A DNA stretch of 64,000 bases from Macrostomum lignano (Eukaryota). The stretch lies in assembly GCA_002269645.1 (NCBI GenBank), contig NIVC01001823.1:1-64000 (forward strand), in the 5' to 3' direction. Of the stretch, positions 13,609 through 27,845 are shown piece after piece. How positions within the stretch are numbered: the stretch's first letter is position 1; every line of letters begins with the position of its first letter. Below the pieces are notes generated by a model. That model had not been told where the DNA came from. It saw only the letters and a list, made by a program, of their open reading frames with translations, and searched no databases. Made by a program: the position numbers and the translations under genes.

Positions 13609-16600
13609 CGAACGGACTCAGTTGCACTTCTCGATGCGTAAGTTGATTTACGTGAATCGGGTTAACGCTAAATCCTTGGAGGGCATTCTATCTGATTTGA
13701 AAGAATTAGCTAGTAGCTATATTTGGAAAGTAGGTAAATATATTCGCTTTATCTATTGTAGTCCAAATCCATTTTTGGTAACTTTTGTCCAGATTTATTT
13801 AGAAGTTAGGCGTTTATTTTTAAAAAGTTTAAATGCCCGCTTGCAGTGCACACGCTCGATAATAATAATTTATATTTTGCAGCCATTCATAATTCATAAT
13901 TTATAACTCTTATAGTTTAGCGTGGATCTTATTACCTTCACTCTACCTTGCCATCCAATTTATTATTTAAGCATGAGGTCCATAAAACTACATCTAGCCC
14001 TGTGCATCTAAAGTAGGACAAATGCGGCTTTTTTAGTTTCTCGGATTTCACTTTGCTGAGGATTTTTAGGGTTTTACGACTCGTATGGTGCTGCAGGGTA
14101 CTTTTTATGCGATTCTGCAGGCCCAAACAACTAAACAAGATTGCCCAGCTCATGTTGAGATTGGCAACCATAAGCTTGATCAACGTTTCCTAAACGCACA
14201 ATACCACCTAATGCAGGCCTGAGAAGTACACCAATCACTGCAGCCTCCACGGTGCTACCAAGTAGTATTATTTATTTTCTATTGAGCAATCAATTGTTGG
14301 AGAGAGCAGCAAACTCGCAGTGAGCGACTGCGAGCCTGCAGACCCCCCTGGTAAAAATATGAAATCTTATCTTTCATCATTTTTTTCTGCTCGTTGTTTG
14401 TCCAAATAAATGTGACAGTCACTCTCTGTCCTAATTGATAATACGGGTGTATCGTTGACTAAGATACTCAAGGCATCCAGGACCCGCTCTTTTCTCACGG
14501 ACCAAGTCCTAAAAGCTCATTCAAGATATTGACGCGACAGCAGTTCATCTTTGAACGCAAAAATATCTCCGGACAAATTTTGTTAGCACTTGAAACTAAC
14601 ATCAGATTCTCGTCATTCATATGTTCGAATTCGTTATTCACGTTTTGTGGGAAGTTTTTGTAAAAGCTGCTTAATTCTATTTTAGAACAAAAAAGTGTTT
14701 TAGCATTTTTGCTCGTAATATGACATTTTCTTTTCAAGTGTCGTTGCATTTACTTCTCGTGCCAATACTGGTTAAGTTCCTAACAGGAACAATTGTAGGA
14801 ACACAAGCTAGACTGTATCCAATTAGGAATTCTAAAGCAAAGAAATGTTTTGTTTAAATTTGTTCACACTTTCAAGATAAAGTTTGTTGTACAGTTTAGA
14901 TCCAGCGCAGTGTCCTTGAACGCGTCTGTTATGACTAATTAGTTGCTTGCTTTCTAATTTAGCTGTTGCTCAAAGCGGAAAGAATTTCGTGTTTAACACA
15001 GACCTATGCACTGACTTGGTCTGTTCGTTGTGATGATCGTTGCTAATTTAAAGAAGAGTTCTTTGAAAGTTAACTAAAATATAGGCTAAAAGCAACCTGA
15101 AATCATTACTTGCAAGTTTTTACTGTCACTTTGCATCGATTTTCATTGCAGATCAACAGTTTTTGAAGCCGAAGTCAGACGCTGCAAAAAGTACTGAATG
15201 AAAACTTTTTAACACCGTCGCCCCGAGGTCGACTTGCTAGCGTTTACCAATGCAAACTGACTCGTTTTTTAACTGACTTCGCCACTTAAATCTGACCATT
15301 TTCTGTCAAAAAATGATCAATAATGACTTGGATTGTTTTAGAAATAGAAATATTTATGATGCAGAACATTTGTCAGGTGGACCAACATTACTTAGTATCG
15401 CTTGCTCTTTATAACAAAATAGTTTGCGCTGCATATTCGGAACTCAAGATGTTGACCTTTTAATCTCAAACTGCCGGACCATCACTCATTTTTTCTCTAC
15501 GATTCCCGCTTTTTTGTTTTACCTTTTGTGTAGTTTCTTTCCCACTGTTTAACCCTCTTGTTATGCCTTGACTACGAAACTGAAACAAAGACACATCAGC
15601 CCTTGGCAAAGAGAAGTACCAATTTGCAGCACTTCATGCAATTATAAGTTGCTTCAATACGATACAAATGCTACCGCTTGCTAACATATACTCAAACCTC
15701 CAAGTTCCTTATGTTTTGCGAGTATTTTTGTTATAAGTCCGCTTTTCCGGCATAGCTCTCTCTATTTATCCTACTAATCAGTAGTCACGCGAGGTTGCAG
15801 CCGCTTTGCGAAGCACATTTTTACCCCTGGACGTACCTCTGGACGTATTTATCCTCATTCTTAATTTTCCCAGCCCCAATCACTTTGCTCTAAGTCTTCT
15901 TCTACTCGTAGAATCTTCTTCTACTCGTAGAACAAGTCCTCTCTGTAAGGTGGGTTTCTAAATTAAGTATATTTCCTACAAATCAACTTTCAATAAGAGC
16001 ATGATTTCTCAATACAACATTTTTTTCAAATCTGATTGTTGTCAAGAACCGCGTTAGCAGATCTACCAAAAGTGTGTGTTGTCACGCCTAGTTGTCGTTA
16101 TTAAACTGTAGCAGACTCAAAACTACTCAAAGAAGTTTAATTCATTTCTAAGACTTTTTGCGTTACTTGGGCAACCCATTGATTGATCTCAGTATTAAAT
16201 TTTGAGTAAATTTGTCATTTAAACTATGAGTGATTCATCATATTATAGTGGTCCACTGTCGACACGACAAACTTTACCGCTCCTCTGCGCGTTGCATCCA
16301 TGACAAACTGATCCATCCCCTCTCAAATCTCAATCCATTGCACTCTTGTCGAACTTTAGATTCTAAAATTATACATATTATTGTTAATCATGATAACTGC
16401 CAATTTTAAACACTAATAACTTGTGCAAGTTGTCAGCACTGGAAGACCCAGTGTGACATTTCCAATTTTTTTTCTCGAGCCTAAAACTCTTGTCTGATTT
16501 TGACATTAAATCGATTTTTGCGTCATTTCTCCTCTCCCACACAGTTTGAATGCACCGAATCGCTAAATACTACTAGATAGTAAGCATAGCGAATATTGCA

Positions 16601-17049
16601 TTGATTTTTTTCTTTATTCCGAGGATTTTATCAGCTTTTTCGATTCCTTGTATTGTAAATCTGGACCCTCTTGCTGAACACTTAAACCGCAGTTTTTAGA
16701 GCTTGGCGATCATCTCCTGATTACTATATCTAGTCACTCTGGTTGCAACGTCATGGCCGGACTCGGATAGGCTTGCTCTAATTCTTAAATATTACACTCG
16801 CGATTATTTATTGCGGTTTAGCATCACCGAAATTATGATAATGTAATTTAGCTTTGAATTGCATTAAAACCGATATGTCTTCCTTTCGTTGGCTTATTTC
16901 TAAAAATAACCTTTAAACACTTGAATAGGTTTCTCATCCTGATTACAGATCATATTGAGTAAATTACGAGTCCCAAATTCCAATAACATCCAGAATACCA
17001 AATAGATCCCGAATCTTGAAATCCAAAAATTTCTAGACTAATTTTTAAT

Positions 17050-17790
17050 CCATCTGAATAGATCCCTAATCCCAAATAGATCACAGATTCCAACACATCC
17101 CAAATCCCAAATCGATCCCCGATCCCACACATCCATAATCCCAAATAGATCCCAAATCCCAAAAAATACACCCATAATCCCAAATTCTAAACATATCCAT
17201 TATCCCAAATAGATCCCAGTTTCTGAATTCCAAACAGATCCATAATCCCAAATACATGTAGATCACTAATCCTAAATAGATCCCTAATCCCAAATAGATC
17301 CATTATCCCAAATACATGTAGATCCCTGATCCTAAATAGATCCCTAATCCCAAATAGATCCATTATCCCAAATACATGTAGATCCCTAATCCTAAATAGA
17401 TCCCTAATCCCAAATAGATCCATTATCCCAAATACATGTAGATCCCTGATCCTAAATAGATCCCTAATCCCAAATAGATCCATTATCCCAAATACATGTA
17501 GATCCCTAATCCTAAATAGATTCCTAATCCCAAATAAATGTGGATCCCTAATCCCAAATAGATCCATAATAGCAAATACATGTAGATCCCTAATCCTAAA
17601 TAGATCCCAAATCCCAAATAGATCCATTATCCCAAATACATGTAGATCCCTAATCCTAAATAGATTCCTAATCCCAAATAAATGTGGATCCCAAATCCCA
17701 AATAGATCCATAATAGCAAATACATGTAGATCCCTAATCCAAAATAGATCCCAAATCCCAAATAGATCCCTAATCCGAAACCGATCCCTC
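17050..17790. repeat. Minisatellite with 60-bp higher-order unit (18+24+18 bp submonomers)
   Basis: Lines 17281, 17341, 17401 and 17461 are near-identical 60-mers; degenerate flanks. Confidence 0.9.
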
Positions 17791-18344
17791 ATGGCCCTTA
17801 AGAGATTTAATTGATCTGAAATTAAAAAAGCAACCTTCATTTTAATCCCTCTTAGCTTCCAGAAATTCCAACTGTTCAAGACTTAGTGAATATGGTCGAA
17901 TATTATTGAATACAACTAATTCAAGGGAGACGAAAGACTTGAATTCTGAGTGTGAAAGTGCTCAAAAAAGGCTATAGCAGGCGCAACTTATTCAGAACTC
18001 AGTATAGACAATGAACTTTCTTAGCGGTTATGACTCACACAGTTTGAAATCCGAAGGGCCTGTTAACCACCACCCCCCCAAAGACTACTGGCAGCAGACA
18101 TAGTCAGTAGACCATTATCGACCTCACGTTGGAATAATACGGACATTTGCTCAATGAGTCATCGCTTCTGCAAGGGAATACGGCGCATTCAAAACAAAAA
18201 CCAACTTTTGAGCTCTGTCAGTTTATTGAAATTCCCAATAGGGGAGAAACTCATTGAGTTTCTTTTGCAGTCACACAACCACTGTCGTTACAGGTAGAGG
18301 TTCAAGGTTTATGATTTAAAAGCGCTCCTGGAACCCATGATGTC

Positions 18345-18965
18345 TCTCCAGAAACCCACCTTGTCGTTTATAAAACCCATCTTGTCGCTCATAAAACTCA
18401 TATCTTATTGCTCATAAAACCCATATCTTGTTGCTCATAAAACCCATCTTGTTGCTCATAAAATCCATCGTGTCGCTCATAAAACCCATATCTAGTTGCT
18501 CATAAAACCCATCTTGTTGCTCATAAAACCCATCTTGTTGCTCATAAAATCCATATCTTGTCGCTCATAAAACCCATCTTGTCGCTCATAAAACCCATCT
18601 TGTTGCTCATAAAATCCATATCTTGTCGCTCATAAAACCCATCTTGTCGCTCATAAAACCCATCTTGTCGCTCATAAAACCCATCTTGTTGCTCATAAAA
18701 CCATCCTGTCGCTCATAAACCCACCTTGTCACTCATAAAACCCACATCTTGTCGCTCATAAAACCCATATTTCATTGCTCATAAAAACCCATATCTTGTC
18801 ACTCATAAAACCCATATCTTGTCGCTCATAAAACCCATATTTCATTGCTAATAAAACCCATATTGTTGCTCATAAAACCCACATCTTGTTGCTCATAAAA
18901 CCCACATCTTGTTGCTCATAAACCCATTTATCTTGTTGCTCATAAAACCAACTTTTTTGCTCATA
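18345..18965. repeat. 21-23 bp minisatellite (AAAACCCATCTTGTCGCTCAT)
   Basis: Direct reading. Confidence 0.9.
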
Positions 18966-21207
18966 AAAACTTTGTATGAGCTTTAAACTTTAAAACTTTA
19001 AAAAAGTCGTTCGTAAAGTCGTTCGTAACTCTTTTTTTAACCTCTGAAACTCACTTCATCGCATTTATGGCATTTGAAATCCAATTTATCACTCCTGAAA
19101 TCTTTGTTTCTTCTGTGTGAGCAAGGGTTGCTCGAAAGGCGAGGCGGCCAAACTCGTTGCAGTGCTCACGCGGGGACTATCCCAGTCTTTCAACAGTTGC
19201 CCCCTGCATGTTGCGCAACAACTTTTGTGGAGCGAAATTACTTATGAAGAGTTGGAGAGCAGGGAAGGTAACTATACTCTAGGGAATATGGTTACTGGCA
19301 ACATGCAATAGCGTGCAGACACTGCAGCAGATCCCATGACTCCTGCACCCCGGAAGATCCCAGCACAGTCTGAAGAGTAAGAGAAGAAATAAAAAATTGC
19401 TTTCCCAACAGAACAGTTGCTTGAGCGCATTTGAAGTGACCCCACGGCGCTTGTATGACTCATCCAAGTCCGTTGGCGAGGCCAGTTTGGTATATAGACC
19501 AATTCAATTCATTCATTGATTTTGATTCGCGCGTAAAAATCTGCTTGCTAGCGCGCACACGTGGGTTGACGTCCTGTCTATCTGGATTATGCAAAACCGA
19601 GAGACAGTTTAGAGTTTTGGAACCGCAGACTTTTCAAACCAGTCACAGAGTTTTGAGTTGGAGCGTTTCAACTTCAATTTGATTTCTGCAGCTCGAAAGC
19701 TTATAAATTGGCTTTGGAAGTTGGAAGATTCGTACCGATTGTTATAAATGTAAGTTGCATTTTCTTGAAAAAAATTATTCAACTTTTGAAGAAGAAATTA
19801 TTTTTCATCCTCATTTTTTGCGATTATCCAGATGTTTTTGAATTTGGAATTTAAATGGAATTGGAATCAAAAGTGCCTATTGACATCGGTGTAAACATTG
19901 TATTGCAGTTGCATATAATTTACGAAAAATTTTCAGCAGCCACTTTTTCTACTTGCAGTAGCATAGACAGTAAATCGCATCAAATAGTTTGATAAGCTAA
20001 TTTATTACTTATGATAATGTTCACGATAAATTGCTAATACTGCGTTGTCTGTTTTATTATACCTGTTCCGTACTTATTTACTACTTATAAGTCATAAGTC
20101 GTACTTATTGACATTGTCATATTTACTGTGTATTGTACATAAGGGATGTTAAGGGATGTCTAATAGGAAAGTTGATTTTAATTACAAAACCGACAATCGT
20201 ACTTATTCTCCATTCCCTCCAGTGGATCCAAACCCCCCCCCCGTTATTCGATTGCCATTTCGTACATTTGAATAATTTTCACTAAGTCAGTTTCACCGTA
20301 TAATGTTCTGTCTGAGACCAGCCCCCCCCCCCTGTTCCTCTCTTGATCATTAAATTGGTGGGGCCTCAAGCCCAAGGAAGGGGGATGGGTGAAGGAGGGG
20401 TGGGTGTTTGTGATAAGGTTTAAACTGAACTATATGGAAGGCCCCCCCCGCTAAATTGGGGGGGGGGTTGCGCGAGATGGGGGTGGTGTTCTTGCCCCCG
20501 ACGCTTTTTAATGGTCGCAAAGTTTTACTATATATAGTCCATACTATACCATTATATTATAGGTCGTAGTATAACTCTTAATGTACGATGCCATATGCCA
20601 GTCCAGCCCCTCCCCTAGCCCCAGTCCATCCTCTCATAAACCAACCGCGGGCCACAAGCACAAGGCAAGCCAGCACAACCACCACCCCCAACAAACCCCC
20701 TGCAGTTCAGACTTAAAATACAAAGAAGATACTCTCATTGACTTGTTCAAATTGAACTGTCTTAACTGTTTTCTACACTCTGGATTGAAAAAGAAGCGCA
20801 GAGGAGGCTCACTCACGAGAAACGTGGAACACTTACACTGATTGGGTTCTGTTCTGTTCAGTCAGATTTTGTATTTCTTGATCCTAAAGAGCTTGATTGC
20901 TGCTTGAGAAGTGGCCCACTAAAGTGCCGCAGCCGCAGTCACAGACAAAGAAGTGGGGCTTTTGAAGCCCAGAAAAAAATCGAAATCCTTCTTTGGCTCC
21001 ATCAAAAGAATAGAAAAATCCCGTGTCTTCAAAAGAGAGCAAAGCAACACTTTAAAAAGCAGCTGGCCCAGCAGAAATTCTAAAGATGCAATCGCCGGTT
21101 GCTTTCTTACAGAAGCGATTAGACTTTGTTGCACAGCAGCAGCAGCAATTGCACCAACAACAGTCGCCGAAAGCAGCCAGCAACAGCAATTTAATCGCTT
21201 CTACAGC

Positions 21208-21378
21208 ATGCACAACCGAACAACAGAAGCCGTAAACTCCCAAGCCTATTGTTTAGCCCAGTCTCCAGCTTCTCCCAGCGCCTCATCTGCATCCTACTAT
21301 CACAGGCTGTACGCCAATTTCCTGTTCAACTCCATGACTTCAATGCGACGCAATTCGGCAATACCAACTGGGACGCAG
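21208..21378 (+). CDS. Putative upstream exon, possibly the first exon of the GAS2-family gene
   Basis: ATG 21208, open frame to strong donor CAG|GTGAGT at 21379 (phase 0). Joins in frame to the acceptor at 28066-28067 upstream of the GAS2 ATG. No homology recognised. Confidence 0.35.
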
Positions 21379-22344
21379 GTGAGTAAAACAAATTCAATAT
21401 TTTTTGTTATTCTTTTGAATTCTATTTTAATAATAGCACGAATGAATATCTTCCAATATTTTAGTCTTATTAGAACTTTTTTGAGGCATATAAATAATTT
21501 ACTTTTCCACTTCCTGGCCAGTTAAGAATCTACGCAGCAAGCTAAAAATGAAATGAGACGAGAATTTCGAATTGTATTAAATAAGACTTAATAAGAGTTC
21601 GATGCTGTCTGAGTTTATTTTAGCAACTTTGACCACATCTAACTAATAGTTAAGCAGACATTTAACTGGTTCAGCTTTCAAAATTTTGCTTTTTAGAATG
21701 GTAAGCTTTAAAATTACAAGACGAATCTGTTTCTTAGAAAGCGTTACTTTTCCTCATTGAAATAGTTGTTTTCGCTACATATCGGCGGTTTAAATATAAT
21801 GCTTTTTCATCAACATAGGTAGGTAGGTACGCAATCTGCAATAAACTCCACTCCTAAAATAATATTTTCTTCAAGCAGCAAACTCCATGGGGCCATATAC
21901 AGTCTTTCTTTCTTTTAGAAGCAGAAAACATACTCGGTTAGTTAGCACGCAGGCACGCGCGCAGTCTGCGCTATTTAATTCTTTGTCTTTTCTTATTCTT
22001 ACTATCTCTTTGCAAAAAGATTATAGCCAAATTATGAACAGAAGCTGTGGTAGGCACAGGAACCTGAGGAGGAGTTCAATATTATCAATTAATGCTGCAA
22101 CTTCGTAGTTAACGGCTTGGGTTTTTGCACAATCTGCTCCTTTACCAATCGCATTGTAAAGTTGCTACTAATATTGCTGTGAGAGAAACTGGCTTTTAAG
22201 TTGTTTCCCGGTTTCTGTCTCCGCTTCCATTCTGTTTTCGGCTTTTCCCTTTTGCAAATAACTTTGCTTCATTTGCGTAGCGTTGTGCTGCAAAAGCAAC
22301 ACGTATTGGGCTTCTTTTTAACCCCTTCTCCCCTTATCTCCATC

Positions 22345-23235
22345 TCCACTCTCCCCTCATCTCCCTCTCCGCTCTCTCCCTCATCTCCCTCTCCGCTCTC
22401 TCCCTCATCTCCCTCATATCCCTCTCCGCTCTCTCCCTCATCTCCCTCTCCGCTCTCTCCCTCATCTCCCTCTCCGCTCTCTCCCTCATCTCCCTCATAT
22501 CCCTCTCCGCTCTCTCCCTCATCTCCCTCTCCGCTCTCTCCCTCATCTCCCTCATATCCCTCTCCGCTCTCTCCCTCATCTCCCTCATATCCCTCTCCGC
22601 TCTCTCCCTCATCTCCCTCATATCCCTCTCCGCTCTCTCCCTCATCTCCCTCATCTCCCTTTCCGCTCTCTCCTTCATCTCCGTCATTTCCTTGTGCCCT
22701 CTTTCCCTCATCTCTCTCATTTCCCTCTCCGCTCTCTCCCTCATTTCCCTCCGCTCTCTCCCTCATCTCCCTTATCTCCCTCCGCTCTCTCCCTCATCTC
22801 CCTTATCTCCCTCCGCTCTCTCCCTCATCTCCCTTATCTCCCTGTCCGCTCTTTCCCCTCATCTCCCTTATCTCCCTGTCCGCTCTCTCCCTCATCTCCC
22901 TCTCCGCTCTCTCCCTCATCTCCCTCTCCGCTCTCTCCCTCATCTCCCTCATATCCCTCTCCGCTCTCTCCCTCATCTCCCTCATATCCCTCTCCGCTCT
23001 CTCCCTCATCTCCCTCTCCGCTCTCTCCCTCATCTCCCTCTCCGCTCTCTCCCTCATCTCCCTCATATCCCTCTCCGCTCTCTCCCTCATCTCCCTCATC
23101 TCCCTCTCCGCTCTCTCCCTCATCTCCCTCTCCGCTCTCTCCCTCATCTCCCTCATATCCCTCTCCGCTCTCTCCCTCATCTCCCTTATCTCCCTGTCCG
23201 CTCTTTCCCCTCATCTCCCTCAACCCCATCTCCCT
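22345..23235. repeat. Pyrimidine-rich minisatellite, 24-bp unit with 9-bp insertions
   Basis: CTCCGCTCTCTCCCTCATCTCCCT with optional CATATCCCT; direct reading. Confidence 0.9.
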
Positions 23236-24894
23236 CCGATACTAATTGCTTTAACTAGTACCTGCAGTTTTGCAACAATTTTATTACCCAAAAGTGCCAC
23301 ACTGGAATTCGTGTTGCAGTTCTATAGTCTAACTCTAGAATTCTGTGATAAGGGCAAGGCGACGACGGCTTTATACTAGTAAATTATCGCAATGTGTCAC
23401 TTCTCATACTTGTCCAAACTTGGTAAAATTTTTATGCCCAGACCAGAGTCACCCAGAGTGTTCTTTTTTTCAAAATTTTGTAACTGCCTATACTGATCTC
23501 ATTATCTCACCAATAAAGCTGTCATTTTGAAGGGCTCGCTTCACCGCCCCATGCGTAGGTGGGTGTTAGCCATGGCTTAGAAAAATTTATGGAAATTGAC
23601 GCGACGCCCGTTATCAAAATTTGATTTTTATCTCGGTTTGAAAAACTTTCTGATGAGCGTCTCAAGCCCCCCCCCCAAGTGCTGGCCAACTGAAAAATTT
23701 TCCTATATAAAAGGTGTAACTTTAAATGACTGGAAAGCTAAGCAAATTAATTAATAAGAAATTGTTAAAAGTGGTCTCTTATAATTCGTAGTTAATTGTC
23801 TATAACACTCGAAGTTCGAGTGATTATAGATTCTGTAACTTCTATCTAAGAACTTCTAGGTAAGCCATCTTGTAGTTTTTGTTATCTTACACTTTATCTC
23901 ACCCTATTACCCCATGACTTTCTCTGGTATTTAAATCTCAGTCACCATAAATCATCACTGTCTCCATATATCCGTCCAAGCCGAGTTTCTCACTGTGCAA
24001 ATGCGACTGCTGTAAGTTTATAGCCAAATTGAAGCCCAGAAAAATGCAGATCTAATGCAGGCATAGCCGATGATGTGTGCCCTGTGTATGTTTACATCTT
24101 ACAGCTGGGGTCTGCTATCTTGCTAGGATAAACACTGTTTTACCAGCAAGGCTATAATAGATATTAATATAAATACTGTGTGTGCATGGCTTATGCCTAA
24201 ATAACTGTACAAACTTAATGTACATGAATTCAATTTGGTATTTAATATCGATCTGATTTAAACATAGTTTAATAGGCTAATACACCCTGGGCCTGAACCT
24301 CTGGACTCTCAAACACTACCTGCCTTCTGTAGTCATGCAGCAAGGTCTTGTGAATCTGACTTACCCCATGTGAGGCATATTTATAGCTTATAACCCTACA
24401 GGCTCCAGGGCGTACAGGTCATATAGCAGCATTCGATGATAATAATGTTGATAATGAAAGGTGATTCATTGCGGGATTCCTATTTCCCCGTAGCAAAAAT
24501 ACTCGTATATACTATATATATCCCCATATCTTCAATATTCCCTCCCCAGGCACTCCAAAGTCGAACATTTTAGAAGAATACGAAGTTATAGCTCGTAATA
24601 CTATCAGCCCCTGGGGTTAAAATCTCCGTTTTACTGCCTGCCAATGCACCCTATTGCTCTGTGTGCCTGTTTTCCGCTTAGTGACTCGCCTACACGAATA
24701 TTATATTAATTAAGAACATTGCAGCAAGACTGCAGACACTTTAGAGGCGGGTTGGCGGTTTGCGAAGTTGAATAAAATTTCAAGTATTTGGGATTTTGTT
24801 AAGTGAAGTTATTGCTGCAAAGTATAGAAAGAATGAGAGGAGCGGGTTGAGAGGTAGGGCATAGGGAGTGAGTCGTGAGAGGGAGGGTAGATTA

Positions 24895-25510
24895 AGTGAG
24901 AAGGAGTGAGAGGGAGAGCAGAGGGAGTGAGAGAGAGGGCAGAGGAAATGAGAGAGGGCAACAGAGGGAATGAGAGAGGGCAGAGGGAATGAGAGAGGGC
25001 AGAGGGAGTGAGAGAGAGGGCAGAGGGAATGAGAGAGGGCAGAGGAAATGAGAGAGGGCAGAGGAAATGAGAGAGGGCAGAGGGAATGAGAGAGGGCAGA
25101 GGGAGTGAGAGAGAGGGCAGAGGGAATGAGAGAGGGCAGAGGAAATGAGAGAGGGCAGAGGAAATGAGAGAGGGCAGAGGGAGTGAGAGAGAGGGCAGAG
25201 GGAATGAGAGAGGGCAGAGGAAATGAGAGAGGGCAGAGGAAATGAGAGAGGGCAGAGGGAATGAGAGAGGGCAGAGGGAGTGAGAGAGAGGGCAGAGGGA
25301 ATGAGAGAGGGCAGAGGAAATGAGAGAGGGCAGAGGAAATGAGAGAGGGCAGAGGGAGTGAGAGAGAGGGCAGAGGGAATGAGAGAGGGCAGAGGAAATG
25401 AGAGAGGGCAGAGGAAATGAGAGAGGGCAGAGGAAATGAGAGAGGGCAGAGGGAGTGAGAGAGAGGGCAGAGGAAATGAGAGAGGGCAGAGGGAGTGAGA
25501 GAGAGGGCAG
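24895..25510. repeat. Purine-rich 19-21 bp minisatellite (GAGAGAGGGCAGAGGGAAT)
   Basis: Direct reading. Confidence 0.9.
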
Positions 25511-26409
25511 TCGTCAGTAACACTCGTATTAAAATTAGCTATTGCTGCCTCTTCCATTCGCGCTGTGCTGAAATACAATTTTGACATTGGCAAGATATCA
25601 ATTTTCGTGCAGTGTAAGACAGACAGACCGTTTTTCACTTAGTGTGATGAATGGCCTGGGCTTGATAAGGGAAATTGTCGTCCATTAGCTACAGTGACGT
25701 TTTGTCGGCGATGAGGTCACATGATCTATCAGTGCCTGTCCAAGTTCCCACATGCAGTTTTCCTGAATGAAAATAGGTTTTTTGACGCCATGTCATGTCA
25801 AGTCCAGTTGAGACAGGAAGTTAAGCTGGTTTTCTCTGAGTCAAATTTGGTCAATCACTAATGTAGTTGGTTCAACATCAAAGATTCCGAATTGCTGGTC
25901 TGATCCAGTTTAAGTGTTAGCCGACTTCCTTTCAAACTTGAGACTGTGTCTGTATAAAGTTGCTAACAGAACCCACTCGTCTGTTTTCACCTTCTTGCAC
26001 CTATCAGCGTGAGGCAGTTTGTTTTGTTAAAAAGCACCGTTTGGTTTGAAAATGTTGCAATTGATCGGTAAATTTACGAATCCAACAGAGACTTGCTGGT
26101 GACTCATCCAGGTTGCAGGATTTTTATCCCTTCGGCCTCCAGCGTAAGTTATGCGCCACATACTATGGATGCAGTTTCGCAGCTCTCAATAACGGACCTT
26201 TTTTAGTGATCCTCCACTGAACTTCCACAGTAGCGTACTTAGAATAATTTGACTAGCTAGGTTAAACCATGGTTGGCTGAATGTGTGACTGTGCGTACGT
26301 TTTTTTCCGAAACTTCACCAAATTACATGTAAACATTATGAAAAGTTTTGTGAAACTCTCAAATTGTTTGAATATTTTGTTGTGGTTTGAACCTGGGTCT
26401 ATGAACTTT

Positions 26410-26558
26410 GCCAGCCAAGAAAGTTGCCAGCCGAGAAAGTTGTCAGCCAAGGAAGTTGCCAGCCGAGAAAGTTGTCAGCCAAGAAAGTTGCCAGCCGAGA
26501 AAGTTGTCAGCCGAGAAAGTTGTCAGCCGAGAAAGTTGCCAGCCGAGAAAGTTGCCAC
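26410..26558. repeat. 16-bp tandem repeat (GCCGAGAAAGTTGYCA)
   Basis: About 9 units, direct reading. Confidence 0.85.
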
Positions 26559-27660
26559 CGAGCTTTGAAAGAACGTGTAATGTTGGGAGCGGTTGTTTAC
26601 ACCACAACATAATTCTTTCCTGAAGAAGTTCTATTAGAAGTTCGATTTTGATTTAGAAGGATCTTTCAAAGTCTTCACGACACTCGACATGACGCTGGTT
26701 AACTTGCCCAGCACCGTGGACCAACCTCATTTATCCTTAATTCTTTCAGTAGAAAAAGAAAAACCAAACTTTTTTTTTAATTTCTGTGACCTGAAATCTT
26801 TTGAGCACTTGTCCCTAAACTAACACCCTCTCTTGGAGTCGTGCTCGTGACCTCGAGCGCTTCGGGGCACAAATGTCCTGTCCTGAACTCAAAGGCACTC
26901 CCGAGTAATTAGCGGCAAACACGACTGGCCCTAATTGGAATCGGAGAGTCGCCATGCGGATTTCAGAATTCCAGAATCTGCACGCAAGCAGAGGCTCGGA
27001 GACTGAGTAAATTGTATGCGAGTCTTGCGAAATGCAGCAGCTCGAGTCTTCTCTCCAATAATATCTGCTTTCCCTCCGAGAGTCCGACTCAAATACCAAG
27101 CTCAAGCAAGAGAAAATCGAGCTGTCGAGATCGAAGCGAGGCAAAATTGTTTTGTTAGCCTGGAATCCCTTTACTAGGAGGAACTAAGAGGAGAGCGAAG
27201 CGGAACTTGAGATGGACATTCATCTCGTGCTCCAGGCTCACATCTCTCCGAGGCACAGCATTGACGAGAATTGTGATTGAGAGGTGCCTCGTCACTTTTC
27301 TGTGGTTTTCCTTCTTTTTCTATAATGATTTCAGAATCATTAGACAGAGCGACGGCAGCTCAGCGTCCTGCTTTACTTGAGTTCCCTTCACTGCCGGAGG
27401 CCAAATCGCTGAGCGAGTGGTTGTTAGAACTTGCCTGACCTCACTTGAACTCTAGCTGGAATATTTGTGCCATAGCGTGCGTCGTGAAACGTCGACTATA
27501 ATTATTTTTCGCATTCTGAATTTAGAATCCCGGATGTTAAGCTGGCTGCCCTTTAAATTAAGTTCCACAGTGTCTATAATTCATGTTTCATTTGAAGTAT
27601 CAATACTTAGTTGTACGAGTACAAAATCATTGGGATTATTGGAAATTTCAAGACTTTTAC

Positions 27661-27845
27661 ATGGGGGCGCTTCATATGACCTAAATTTCACAACGCCAAA
27701 AGTACATTACTTCACATCGCCTAAATTTCACGACGCCTAGAATATCTGCACACTCCTTCACATTCAGTTTTAGGTGTTGTGATGAAATTTAGACGATATG
27801 AAATTTAGGCGTTGTGAAATTTAGGTCTTGTGAAAGCATCCCTTT
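27661..27845. mobile_element. Foldback/MITE-like palindromic element built from TGAAATTTAGG subrepeats
   Basis: Perfect 20-bp inverted repeat GACCTAAATTTCACAACGCC (27678-27697) / GGCGTTGTGAAATTTAGGTC (27808-27827) plus imperfect outer and inner arms. Confidence 0.65.

Noticed and set aside
19117-19502. GC-richer island with exon-like signals (donor at about 19269)
   Set aside because: No homology recognised and no partner exon found.
20442-20467. C8-N8-G10 hairpin
   Set aside because: Homopolymer runs are common here and error-prone; no supporting context.
22201-25638. Ser/Pro- and Glu/Arg-rich ORFs
   Set aside because: CT/GA low-complexity repeats; the same applies to 35499-37824 and 43986-45497.
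26815-27144. 109-aa minus-strand ORF
   Set aside because: No recognisable motif; lies in the putative GAS2 5' intron.
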